From Histomonas meleagridis 2922-C6/04-290x (taxonomy: Eukaryota; Protista; Parabasalia), in NCBI GenBank assembly GCA_020184695.1, contig JAANOX010000079.1:62001-126000 (forward strand): 64,000 nucleotides of DNA. The letters run 5' to 3'. The notes below the pieces were generated by a model. That model was not told where the DNA came from and did not search any database. It was given only the letters and a program-made list of their open reading frames with translations. How positions within the stretch are numbered: the stretch's first letter is position 1; every line of letters starts with the position of its first letter. Made by a program: the position numbers and the translations under genes. Of the stretch, positions 1 to 10,007 are shown piece after piece.

Positions 1-1
1 T

Positions 2-1003
2 ATGAAAACATCAATTTCTTCTTATACATTTGATTTTTTTCCAGAACCTTTTTTTGACATTCTTATAAATATTCTTCTTTCCAAAAACGAACCCTTGCTA
101 ATTTATGTAATCCCTATTTTTCATCTTTTATTAGAAAAGGTCCTAACTTTTTCTGATTTTATTATTGATGATATTTTTCTCAATTGTCTTTTTGAACTAT
201 CGAATAATAGAGAATCACAAATCGGTATTCAGTCTTTTAATCTTTTACTTTCTATCTTTTCTTCTAGTTCATCCAACATTAATATTTCAGTTCAATATTT
301 TGACGCGTTATTTCAATTTTCTGTTTTTAACGTCTTTTTCATTGAATTCCTCAATAAATTTACAAAAAGTTATTTTGGTATAACAGAAGAACAAATATCG
401 AAAATAATAAATTTTATTTTCAGTAATATATCAAATGAATTACTAAATGAAAACGAATTTATTTTAAATTCTGTTTTAGAGATATTTAATTCTTTTATTC
501 ACAAAGATTTTTTAAATTTTCCTTTTGTTATTATTGAATTTATTATTTCATTAACAATTTCATTTAATGTTAAAACAAAAATTTTAGCGCTTAAATTTTT
601 ACATAATTTAATCATAAAGAATTTTTGTTTTGAAGAATCACAAATGAATGCAATTGTTAATAATACTTTACAATGTTTAAGCTCAAAGTTAAATGATGTT
701 TTAACTATTTGTTGGATGATTTTAAATATTTTAATATCAAATTATCCAAATTCATTGCAATTTATTGATAGAAATTTAATTTTTATTTCTGCAGAAACAT
801 TTAATTCTGATTTTATATATCAAATTAAATTAAATGCAGGAAATGTGTTTTTGAAACTTTTGTTACATTCACAAGATTTAGACGACAATATTTTGGAAAT
901 TGCAAATGAAATATTTATTGATATGAAAGAAAGTGATTCACTTGAAACTGATTTACAACAAGAACTCGAAAACTTTTTTGCAAAATTAAGTGAATCTCAC
1001 TGA
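2..1003 (+). CDS. Hypothetical helical-repeat (ARM/HEAT-like) protein, possibly 5'-truncated by the window edge
   Basis: 333-aa ORF rich in Leu/Ile/Phe with amphipathic helical patterning. The family call rests on composition only. Confidence 0.5.
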   Translation: MKTSISSYTFDFFPEPFFDILINILLSKNEPLLIYVIPIFHLLLEKVLTFSDFIIDDIFLNCLFELSNNRESQIGIQSFNLLLSIFSSSSSNINISVQYFDALFQFSVFNVFFIEFLNKFTKSYFGITEEQISKIINFIFSNISNELLNENEFILNSVLEIFNSFIHKDFLNFPFVIIEFIISLTISFNVKTKILALKFLHNLIIKNFCFEESQMNAIVNNTLQCLSSKLNDVLTICWMILNILISNYPNSLQFIDRNLIFISAETFNSDFIYQIKLNAGNVFLKLLLHSQDLDDNILEIANEIFIDMKESDSLETDLQQELENFFAKLSESH

Positions 1004-1047
1004 CCAAATATGCATTTAAAAAGTTATTTAGCATCAAAAGTTTTGAT

Positions 1048-1731
1048 GTGATGATTAAAATTTTAATGGATAATCTCAATGATGTATATGCTTTAAAGGA
1101 AGAGTTGAGAAGAATGGAAAATGAGCTTATAAAACAAAAGGAATCGGATAATATGATCATTGGAGAAATTGGGCAAATGAACAAAGAATCAACAATAATT
1201 CTTCTAAATGTTATATGGAGTGTGACAAATACTATTGAAACAATTGATAAAGTATATAGTAATCATGAATTTCTTCAGCTTCTATTTGATTATTTAGAAA
1301 CTTCAGATGATTCAACATTAATTACACCAATTATTGGAATTCTTATTAATTTGAACTCTATTGATACAATTAGAAATCAAATCGGATTACAAACTGTACA
1401 AATAATAATGAAGAAAGGAATTTTATCAGATCCAAAAACGAATTCATTAATTCTCAAATTGATTTTAAACGCATCTCTTAACAATAACAATGCTATAAAT
1501 TTATTGAACAATGGAATTTTAAATTATTTATTAGAAATCACTCAAAACTTCGGTTCATCACTAATTTCACTCATTGCAAAAATTGCATGGCAACTAAATA
1601 AAGTTTGTCATAAGGAAAAAATCACTGATACATATAAAGAACAATTTCACAAATTCATGGAAATGCCAATTGTCCAAAAGGAAAACAACTTATTTGCGTA
1701 CAATGTGTTTTGTTCCATATGCCAAAACTGA
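1048..1731 (+). CDS. Hypothetical ARM-like helical protein
   Basis: 227-aa ORF with ARM-like segments (LLNVIWSVTN, IIGILINL, ILKLILNASL). Confidence 0.45.
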   Translation: MMIKILMDNLNDVYALKEELRRMENELIKQKESDNMIIGEIGQMNKESTIILLNVIWSVTNTIETIDKVYSNHEFLQLLFDYLETSDDSTLITPIIGILINLNSIDTIRNQIGLQTVQIIMKKGILSDPKTNSLILKLILNASLNNNNAINLLNNGILNYLLEITQNFGSSLISLIAKIAWQLNKVCHKEKITDTYKEQFHKFMEMPIVQKENNLFAYNVFCSICQN

Positions 1732-1844
1732 AGCACGTTATAAACCGAAAATTTTATTGGAGACCGTTTGCTAAGTTTCCGTTTACCAAAGCCAAAATTT
1801 TGAGTGGTTGAGTTAACCGCTGTTTTCAAATCCATTTTTACCAA

Positions 1845-3035
1845 ATGCCAATAAACTTAACGATTTTAGCTTTGACGAGTGCAACGTCCAACTTCAACTC
1901 CCCAATGTTTGCATCGAACAAAGGTATCAACATTCGCAACTCTTTTTTCATGAATAAGTTTCATCCGATTTTTTATTCTTCAAATCTTTTATCTTCTTGC
2001 GCAATATACAAAACGCAATTCTCCAAAATCTTAGACTCTGCAATTGTTATAGATTCAGATGAATTTAAAGGAAAATCATATAACTCAAGACAAGCATTTG
2101 ACGCAGTTTCTGTCACTATCATCGAATGTGGGTTTTATAAATGCGGGAAAACTAACGAAGTCGGCGGTGCTCTTTACATAAACACAGATTCCAAAGTTGA
2201 TATTTCGCAAAGTGGATTCACGCAATGCTTTGCCAAAGAAGCGGGCACAATATACTGCAAATCCAGCAACTTAACAATGACATATAATTGTTTTGACAAG
2301 TCAACATCGTCAAGCAAATATTCAATACTCCAGTCAATCCAAACAAACCAACTGACGATTACGCAGTGCTTCTTTACATCATGCGAAGGCACCGAATCAA
2401 TCAGCATCAATGCCAAAGAAGTCACAATAACAAATTCCGAATTCAAATCAAACAATTGTCATAGTTCTTCACTAATAACAACTTCATCAACCACAGTTGT
2501 CCTCAGAGACCTTTTGTTCGAGAATAACTCCGGAAACTTAATGCTCGATATCACTTTGTCGACAAATGAATTTGCAGACAGTGCCATCCAAGTCATTAAG
2601 TTCAACTCGAACACTGCCAAATCGCTCATCAAAGCGTCGTCCGATGTCCAAATGTTCCAAGTCGGAGTTTTCTCTGATAGTTCGGAAACGATAATTAGTT
2701 CGACATCGAAAGTTGTCACTTTCCGCGACTCAATGTTCGAGTTCAAGTTCGATTACTGCGAATCGAAACTCGGCGCAAATGGAAAAGCGGTCGAAGCATT
2801 GAACAAATTCGAGCAAAGAGCAGCCGATATGACGGCAGAGGTGCGGCCGTCGCAGAAGTGCTGGGAAAACGTTGTGACGCCCGCGCCGGAGACGCCGGGG
2901 AAGAAGCTGTCGTCGACGGAAATCGCAGTGATTGTGGTCGTGGTCATATTGGTGGCCATTGTGATCATATTCTTAATCAGGCGCTGCATACTGAGCCGTA
3001 AGTCGGGTATGATGCCGCTGCTGTACACTGTGTAA
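1845..3035 (+). CDS. Type I membrane surface protein, Pmp-like/parallel beta-helix type
   Basis: 396-aa ORF with a GGALYI motif, FxxC repeats, a C-terminal TM segment (IAVIVVVVILVAIVIIFLI) and a basic stop-transfer stretch. Confidence 0.6.
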   Translation: MPINLTILALTSATSNFNSPMFASNKGINIRNSFFMNKFHPIFYSSNLLSSCAIYKTQFSKILDSAIVIDSDEFKGKSYNSRQAFDAVSVTIIECGFYKCGKTNEVGGALYINTDSKVDISQSGFTQCFAKEAGTIYCKSSNLTMTYNCFDKSTSSSKYSILQSIQTNQLTITQCFFTSCEGTESISINAKEVTITNSEFKSNNCHSSSLITTSSTTVVLRDLLFENNSGNLMLDITLSTNEFADSAIQVIKFNSNTAKSLIKASSDVQMFQVGVFSDSSETIISSTSKVVTFRDSMFEFKFDYCESKLGANGKAVEALNKFEQRAADMTAEVRPSQKCWENVVTPAPETPGKKLSSTEIAVIVVVVILVAIVIIFLIRRCILSRKSGMMPLLYTV

Positions 3036-3170
3036 CTAAGAAAAATAAAAATAAAAATTGTTGAATAAGTAAATGTTATGGAAATGGAAAACGTTTTGTT
3101 AATATTTACTACGAAGTAATTAGAGCGCAAAGCAAATGGAGAAACGTCGCAGTGATTGAAATGTGAAATA

Positions 3171-4464
3171 TAGGGGGGACGGAAATGTTTTATCCTAAAT
3201 ATGATCCTTTTATTTTTTTTTTAATAAAAATTATATATATAAAAATACAAAAGACTGTAATAATAATGATATAATTTTTGAGATCAGAAATATTTTATAT
3301 ATCAAGAAAATGTCAAAAATAAACTTTCATATTGTCATTCGATTTAAACATTTTTCATTTTTATGGAAGTCGAACAAAGAGCAGTCATATTTTTCCTGAA
3401 AAGAAAAGGCTTTAAACTCAGCCAAATTAAACAAGAGTCAGATGATGTTTATCACCAAGATGCACTCGATATTAATACCATAAAATATTGGGTGCATCAA
3501 TTTAAATTAGGGAGATCTGAAATAACAAACATTCAAAGTCCAGGAAGACCAGTACTTGATTTCATTGATTCAAAAATTTTGGCTGCACTCGAAATGGAAC
3601 CATTTCATTCGACATATACATTAAGTGAAGCCTTATCTATACCACGATCCACCATAAATGATCACCTCAATAAATTAGGCTTCCATTATTATAATTTAAG
3701 AGTGGTTCCATATGAACTGACATGTGAAATGAAAGAAGAAAGAGTGCGAAAAGCAACTGAGCTTCTTGATATCTTAAAAGTTAGTAGTAAGAGAAAAGGT
3801 TTCCATAGAATCATAACTGGGGATGAATCATGGTTTTTCTTATCATATGATCACAAGCATATGTGGTCACAATCAAGAGATAATTTACCTGAAATTATCA
3901 ATACAAAAATCGACACGATATAATATATGGTAACTATATTATGGAATATTGATCAATTCTTTATAGTTGATATTATGAAAGATGGTGAAAAATTTAACTC
4001 AAGGTATTTTATTAATAATATAATTAAACCCTTGAAACAAATTGTATACCCACAAAGAAAAAAGCCCAATGAAAACCCATATGTTCTACATTTCGATAAT
4101 GCATCTCCCCATACCTCTAATGCTTCAACTAAATTTTTAATTGATAATGGTTTTAAAATAACTCCACAGCCACCATATTCACCAGATCTTGCTCCTTCAG
4201 ATTTCTTTTTATTTGGTTTTATAAAAAATCAACTAGAAGGAGAAAAATTCGATGATTTTCAACAATTGCACGATAAAATAACTGAAATTTTGTGTGAAAT
4301 TTCAAAGGATACTTTAGCAAAAGTTTTTGAAGAATGGATTGAAAGATGTCAATGGGTGATAAAGAACAAAGGTAACTACTATCATAAGTAAACCTAAAAA
4401 AAATAATTAAAATCTTTTATTTCGATTCTATTATATTTAGGATGAAACATTTCCGTCCCCCCTA
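3171..4464 (+). mobile_element. Mariner (Tc1/mariner, DD34D) DNA transposon, about 1.29 kb
   Basis: 32-bp terminal inverted repeats TAGGGGGGACGGAAATGTTT(T/C)ATCCTAAATAT with 1 mismatch, TA duplications at 3169-3170 and 4465-4466, and an internal transposase. Confidence 0.95.
3363..4391 (+). pseudogene. Mariner transposase with one in-frame premature TAA (3921-3923)
   Basis: The two listed ORFs share a frame. Motifs: VVPYEL (WVPHEL-like), IITGDESW, LHFDNASPH and YSPDLAPSD, with exactly 34 residues between the 2nd and 3rd Asp. Confidence 0.9.
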
Positions 4465-5381
4465 TAGTGCGCAAATGTTTCGTTCCATGAGTAAATGAAA
4501 GCGCTCTAATTCACAGCAAATAGAGAAATTTTACACTGATTTAGGCAACTTCGAAAGATGAAGGAATGGCAAATAAATATTGGGAACTAATAAGAAAGGG
4601 TGTGCAAAAGGTTTCGTTCATAATTACTTCGATGTAAATTAAAGCACTTACAACAAATAAAGAAACATAAATATTATTAAAAATTATGAAGAAATTGGGA
4701 ATTCATAAGAAATGATGTGGAAAAGGTTTTGTTTCATGAAGTAACTAATAAATATATCTTTACTTTGGAACAGAAAATGAAAACATCATCCATTAAAAGG
4801 TTTTGGATTGTGATAAAAAAAATTTAAGTGAATTAAATCAAAACAGTGATTTTAATATAAGATTTATTTAACCATTTGACTGTTACATATTTATAACTGT
4901 GATGAAACGACATCACATAATTTCCTTTTGCCAGAACCACATTCATTACTTATAGCTATACCAAAATCAAAATTGTCTTGTTCTGGTAATCCAGAACCAA
5001 TATCATAATGTAAATCATCAATACTTCTTTCAATCACAAGCTTGGAAACATCTTCAAACATTACCAGTAGTTAAATCAATATTTAAATTGAGATAATTAC
5101 ATTTTTTGATAATCACCAAAGTTATTTCAATCTATACATAATGCTTATCATTTTGTGCTTCCACAAAAGAAAATGTATATGTCCTTAAATTCACTTTAAA
5201 ATAAAAATTTATAAAAATTTATCCATAACATATTATTGTTTATTATATAATTTATATTCACTGTATTTCTCATGGAAAATCATCAATAAAATTATTTTAT
5301 GAATCTCTTTAAAGAGGATCAATTATCGAAATATTCAAACGCGGCATATTCTCAAGTGATTCTTTTTCTTTTTTATTCTTT

Positions 5382-8108
5382 CTATAAAAATAAAAGAACA
5401 AAACGGTAATAATTATCACAATAAAAGATGGAATTAGCGAAAAGTATAAAACCGGTATCAAAATTAGAGGCATTGTGATATGTTTTGAAATTACATTTCT
5501 TTCTTAAATCATCATCAATCATAATATTGATTCCTTTCCAATAACTTGTAGAGTTACAATCTTTTTCATAATCTTTATAATCATCTTCGTATGGTAAACA
5601 AATACTTAAATTTTCTTTTGTTGTATCTAAAAATATATTTTCGTTAAATGTTTTTGGTGTGTTACTTGGTAACCAAATAATTTTCAAACTTATGCAATTC
5701 TCAAATATTTTTGTTGCATTTTCAGATACTTTTTCTAATGAACTCAAAGTTAAATTTTCTAATTTTATACATCCCGAAAAATGTCCATCTCCATCAAAGT
5801 TTTTTATATTCAATTCGATATTTTTTAATGATAAACAGTCCTTAAAACAATATGACGGAAGTGCATTAACTTTAGGACATTCAATTTTAATCAAACTTAT
5901 GCAACCTAAAAACATATTTTCCACAACTCTTAGTGTTTCATTGAAATAAACTGATTTCAGTGATGTACAATTCTGAAATGTACTTCGACCAAAGAAATCA
6001 GTTATTGTATGAAATCCAATTGTTTCGAGTGATGAACAATATGCAAATTCATAACCTGAATCAGATTCATTCATATTTTCAAAATTCGGCATATTAATCT
6101 TTCGTAAACTTGTACAATTATAAAATAAAAAACTTTTCGTATTCTTTAATTTTCTTAGTGAAACTTCTTCAAGACTTTGCATATGTGCAAATAAAGATCG
6201 TGGTGAACTTTCAAGTGAATTCATATGAATTATTTTTAATGATTTGCAATGTTTAGCGATTGGTCCTTCGTTTACTTTGGTTGTTTTATTTAAATTTAAT
6301 TCTTCGATTGAACTACAATTATAAAATGCTGTGTTTATAATGATTCGAATTTTTGGTAAATTTATATTTTTTATTTTATTACAAGAACTTATAAAATAAT
6401 TACCAATAGTTTCAAGTTCTGGTAATGAAATATTTTCAATTAAATCACAACTATAAAATAATTCGGATTCAAAAGAATTTAATTTTGGTAATAAAACTTC
6501 AACTAAATTACTACAATTATAAAATCCATATTTACCAATATTTTCAAGATTTGGTAATGAAATACTTCGAATTCGTTGACAATCTTTCAAGAAATAATCA
6601 CCAATTGATATAACATTTGGAAAATTAATATTTTCGACTTTGTTGCATGCTTTCGTAAATGCATTCGAACCGATATATTTCAAATTTAAAAATTCAAAAT
6701 TATTTATATTAACATTAAACATAAAATAATCATTTACTTGAACTAAATTTGGTAAATTGATGATTTCTAATCTTGGACATTCTTCAAATGGAGAATTACC
6801 AATTGTAGTTAATGATGGAAACGTAACATTAATTAAATCAGCATTACTTGAAAATGTATAATCACCACAACTTTCAAGATTCGGAAAATATAATTCTTCA
6901 TTCTTTTACGTAAAAAAGTGAATAAAATGTATAATTTCCACATGATTTAAGATTTGGTAATGAAATACGATCTATTGCTGTATAAGTAAATGCAAAATTT
7001 CCAACGTATTCACAATATTTAAATGTTAATTCACCACCGAAATAATAAAGATTCGAGAATGCATAATCATCAATTTCTCTGATTTTAAATTGTTCAAAAA
7101 TGTTCTCAGTAAGAATACATTGTTCAAATGAATGTTTTCCAATAGAGACAACTTTTGGAATGTATGGATATATCGTATGTGTCAAATTAGCAAACATATA
7201 ATCTGGAACACGTACTGCGTTAGGCATTGAAATGTTAGTAAGCCTGAAACATTCAACAAGAAAAGGCCCGCCTGCATCTATGATAGAAGGCAATTCGAGT
7301 TTTCTGAGACTATACGCATAATTGAATGCGTCAGAAATGTATTCAACTTTTGTGATGTTTACATCCATAAATTAAAGCAGCGCAAAAAAGCATAAGCACC
7401 AATGGTAGTAACATTTGGTAAATAAACAGCTTTCATATAACTACACGAAGAAAACATGTACGGAGAAATTTCATCGAGGAATGAAAAATTGATTGCTGTA
7501 ATAAAACAATACTCAAAAGCATTGGATCCACAAAGTTTAAGTTGAGGAAAACTAACATTCTGCAGTGCTGTGCAATAAGAAAATGCATAATCCGAAATTT
7601 CTATAACATTTGGGAATGAAATTGATTCAAGACTTATACACATTTGAAAAGCTTTTTTATCAATATAAGTCAAAGTAGGAGCTTCGACTACAATCAAGTT
7701 ACTACACTTTGAAAACATTTCTGACATAAATTGGGAAATGTTTGCAAAATAAATATATTTTAAATTTTCATTCTTTGCAAAGCACAAATAGGAATTAGCT
7801 CCTATTGTAATACCAAAATAAATTCTTTCTATCCGTATTAAATAATAAGCAATTAAATATAATTGATTAAAAGTATCTTTGACATCTCTAGAAATCGAAA
7901 GACTGCGGATCATTCCCCATTGGTCGCAGTCAATGTCATCGTAAACAATTTCACCACTAACGATTTCAATATCTGAAAAAATTGTCGAATTATCAATATT
8001 TAACGCTTCATGATACGCTTGATTTAAACTTTCAGATGTAACATGAATTTTTTTATCGATTATAATTTCGAAAGCTGCATAAGAAAGATATGGAAACAAA
8101 AAAATCAT
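5382..8108 (-). pseudogene. BspA-like (LRR_5/TpLRR) surface protein gene broken by two frameshifts
   Basis: Continuous LxxIxxxAFxxCxxL repeats run across three ORFs. There is a 1-nt loss near 7368 and a 7-nt tandem duplication (AAGAATG/AAGAATT on the minus strand) near 6895-6905. The frame of the 5382-6722 ORF is open back to about 6899. Confidence 0.8.
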
Positions 8109-8546
8109 TATTTTTCTGTTCTATAAGATCAAACAATATTGAAACTTCTGAAATTTTGGTCGCATCGGTCAAATTGAGATAAATAAATTATTCAATTTTT
8201 TAACAACCAGTTTTGAAAGGAAAAAGGCTACAGTTGTACTGAATTAACCAGTCAATTCACATTTTTCAGTAGGTTACGGAAAAGTCACATAAAAACAATT
8301 TTTGAAATTGCATATTAAAGTTCATTGTGCAATAAAGCAAAATAAAAGAGGATAATATAATATAAGGACAACAACAATTTGTATAAATATGGTCAGTTTA
8401 AATTTTGGAAAAATTATGCAAGGAAAAAGAATAAAATTTCCACAAAGATTAAATGAATCATGTAACTTGATGTATGTCTTTTTATTAAAAAATATTTCAT
8501 TAATCACGAATTTATTGAAAATATGATATAATGTTGGTTAACTGTT

Positions 8547-9644
8547 TTATACAATTAAATCGACTAACATCTGATCTACATTTTCATCTTTTATTATTTC
8601 ATCATGTTGTATATTTACTTGCACATCGAGGTCCTTTTCGCCCTTATTAGCTCTCAAATCATTACTTAGCGACGCTCTCTTTATGCATCTAATTTCAACA
8701 AATTCGACATGTGCCCAGTACATTAAATCAAGGAATAAATCGCATGACAAAAGCATCGAAATTATGTAAAAAATAGTCATAAACTTTTTGTTCAATATTT
8801 TAAATATTATATCATTTCCATTCATTAAAATCATAGTTTCCTCATATTTTACATTAACATCGGTAACAATTTCAAACTTTTTAGAAGATCTTAATTGATG
8901 TGTATTTCTAAGCATTGTTTCAATTTCATTCGATGGTACATATTCCAAAGAAAAATATACAAAAAGAGGAACGTTGGAAGGCAATTTGATGTCTGGGCCT
9001 TCTTCTTGCCATGTGTTATACTCTAAATCGCAAAGTTTTTTTTTGGTATCACTCGAAGCATTTTCCAAATATACCGAAAAAGTTGGAGGAGAAATACGAA
9101 CATCAGTTACAATGTCACGGAGCTTTTCATATGTGATAACTTTAGGATGAAACAAATTATTTGTGGGTGGAAATATTTTTGATTTATATGCTTGGCGAAA
9201 TGGGAGTCGCATTAAAAGTCGAATAAAGAAAAATATTAAATAAGCAGGCAAAAGGCCATAAAACATTGGTGGAAAGTCTGGTAAAGGATAACAGATAATA
9301 GTTGAAAATAATATACCAAATAAAAAGGCATTAATAAAAGCAAGAATAAAAACCATGATAAGATTGGATAAGGTAATGTTTTTGAGGATCTGTTGCTTAT
9401 GAAAATAAAAATAAATTAAACCAAGAAATATTTTTGATATGCTAAAAATAGCGATGCTAGCAAAAAAAAGTGAAATAAAGTTATAATAACACAATACTGA
9501 AAATTTGTATGGATAACAAGTTGAATAATTCGAAGAAATTGATCCATTTTCAAATTCCTCTTCGTCGTGAAGGCATACTCCATCACACATAACATCACCG
9601 CAAAGGAATTTTGAATTTATGATTGTTTCTCTTGAACCAAACAT
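8547..9644 (-). CDS. Multi-pass membrane protein with Cys-rich N-terminus (possibly TMEM151-like)
   Basis: 365-aa ORF with three or four hydrophobic helices, a soluble loop and a late hydrophobic segment. The family guess is from architecture only. Confidence 0.5.
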   Translation of the reverse strand: MFGSRETIINSKFLCGDVMCDGVCLHDEEEFENGSISSNYSTCYPYKFSVLCYYNFISLFFASIAIFSISKIFLGLIYFYFHKQQILKNITLSNLIMVFILAFINAFLFGILFSTIICYPLPDFPPMFYGLLPAYLIFFFIRLLMRLPFRQAYKSKIFPPTNNLFHPKVITYEKLRDIVTDVRISPPTFSVYLENASSDTKKKLCDLEYNTWQEEGPDIKLPSNVPLFVYFSLEYVPSNEIETMLRNTHQLRSSKKFEIVTDVNVKYEETMILMNGNDIIFKILNKKFMTIFYIISMLLSCDLFLDLMYWAHVEFVEIRCIKRASLSNDLRANKGEKDLDVQVNIQHDEIIKDENVDQMLVDLIV

Positions 9645-10007
9645 ATCCTTTCATCAAATTTTCAATAAACTATTCAAAACATTCGGAATTCCATATTCCT
9701 AAAACAACTCATCAATTTCTCTTGATCATAAATTATTTTATTCTTTGTTAATTTTAAGCTAGTGTGAACTCAAAAATTCATTTTAAATTTAATTTTTTGC
9801 ATGAGAAATTAATCTGAAAATATGTGATACTCCGAATAATTTCTTAAATATTATACAGTGTTAATAAAATATATTATTATCTTCGTATAGGTAAATATAA
9901 AATATGATATTAAAAAAGTGTTTTTTTTTGTAATCAAAAAGAAAAATGTGTTTTAAGTTTTTTAACGACCGTTTATTATCCCAGGCTGCGTTTACTGACC
10001 AAATCAG

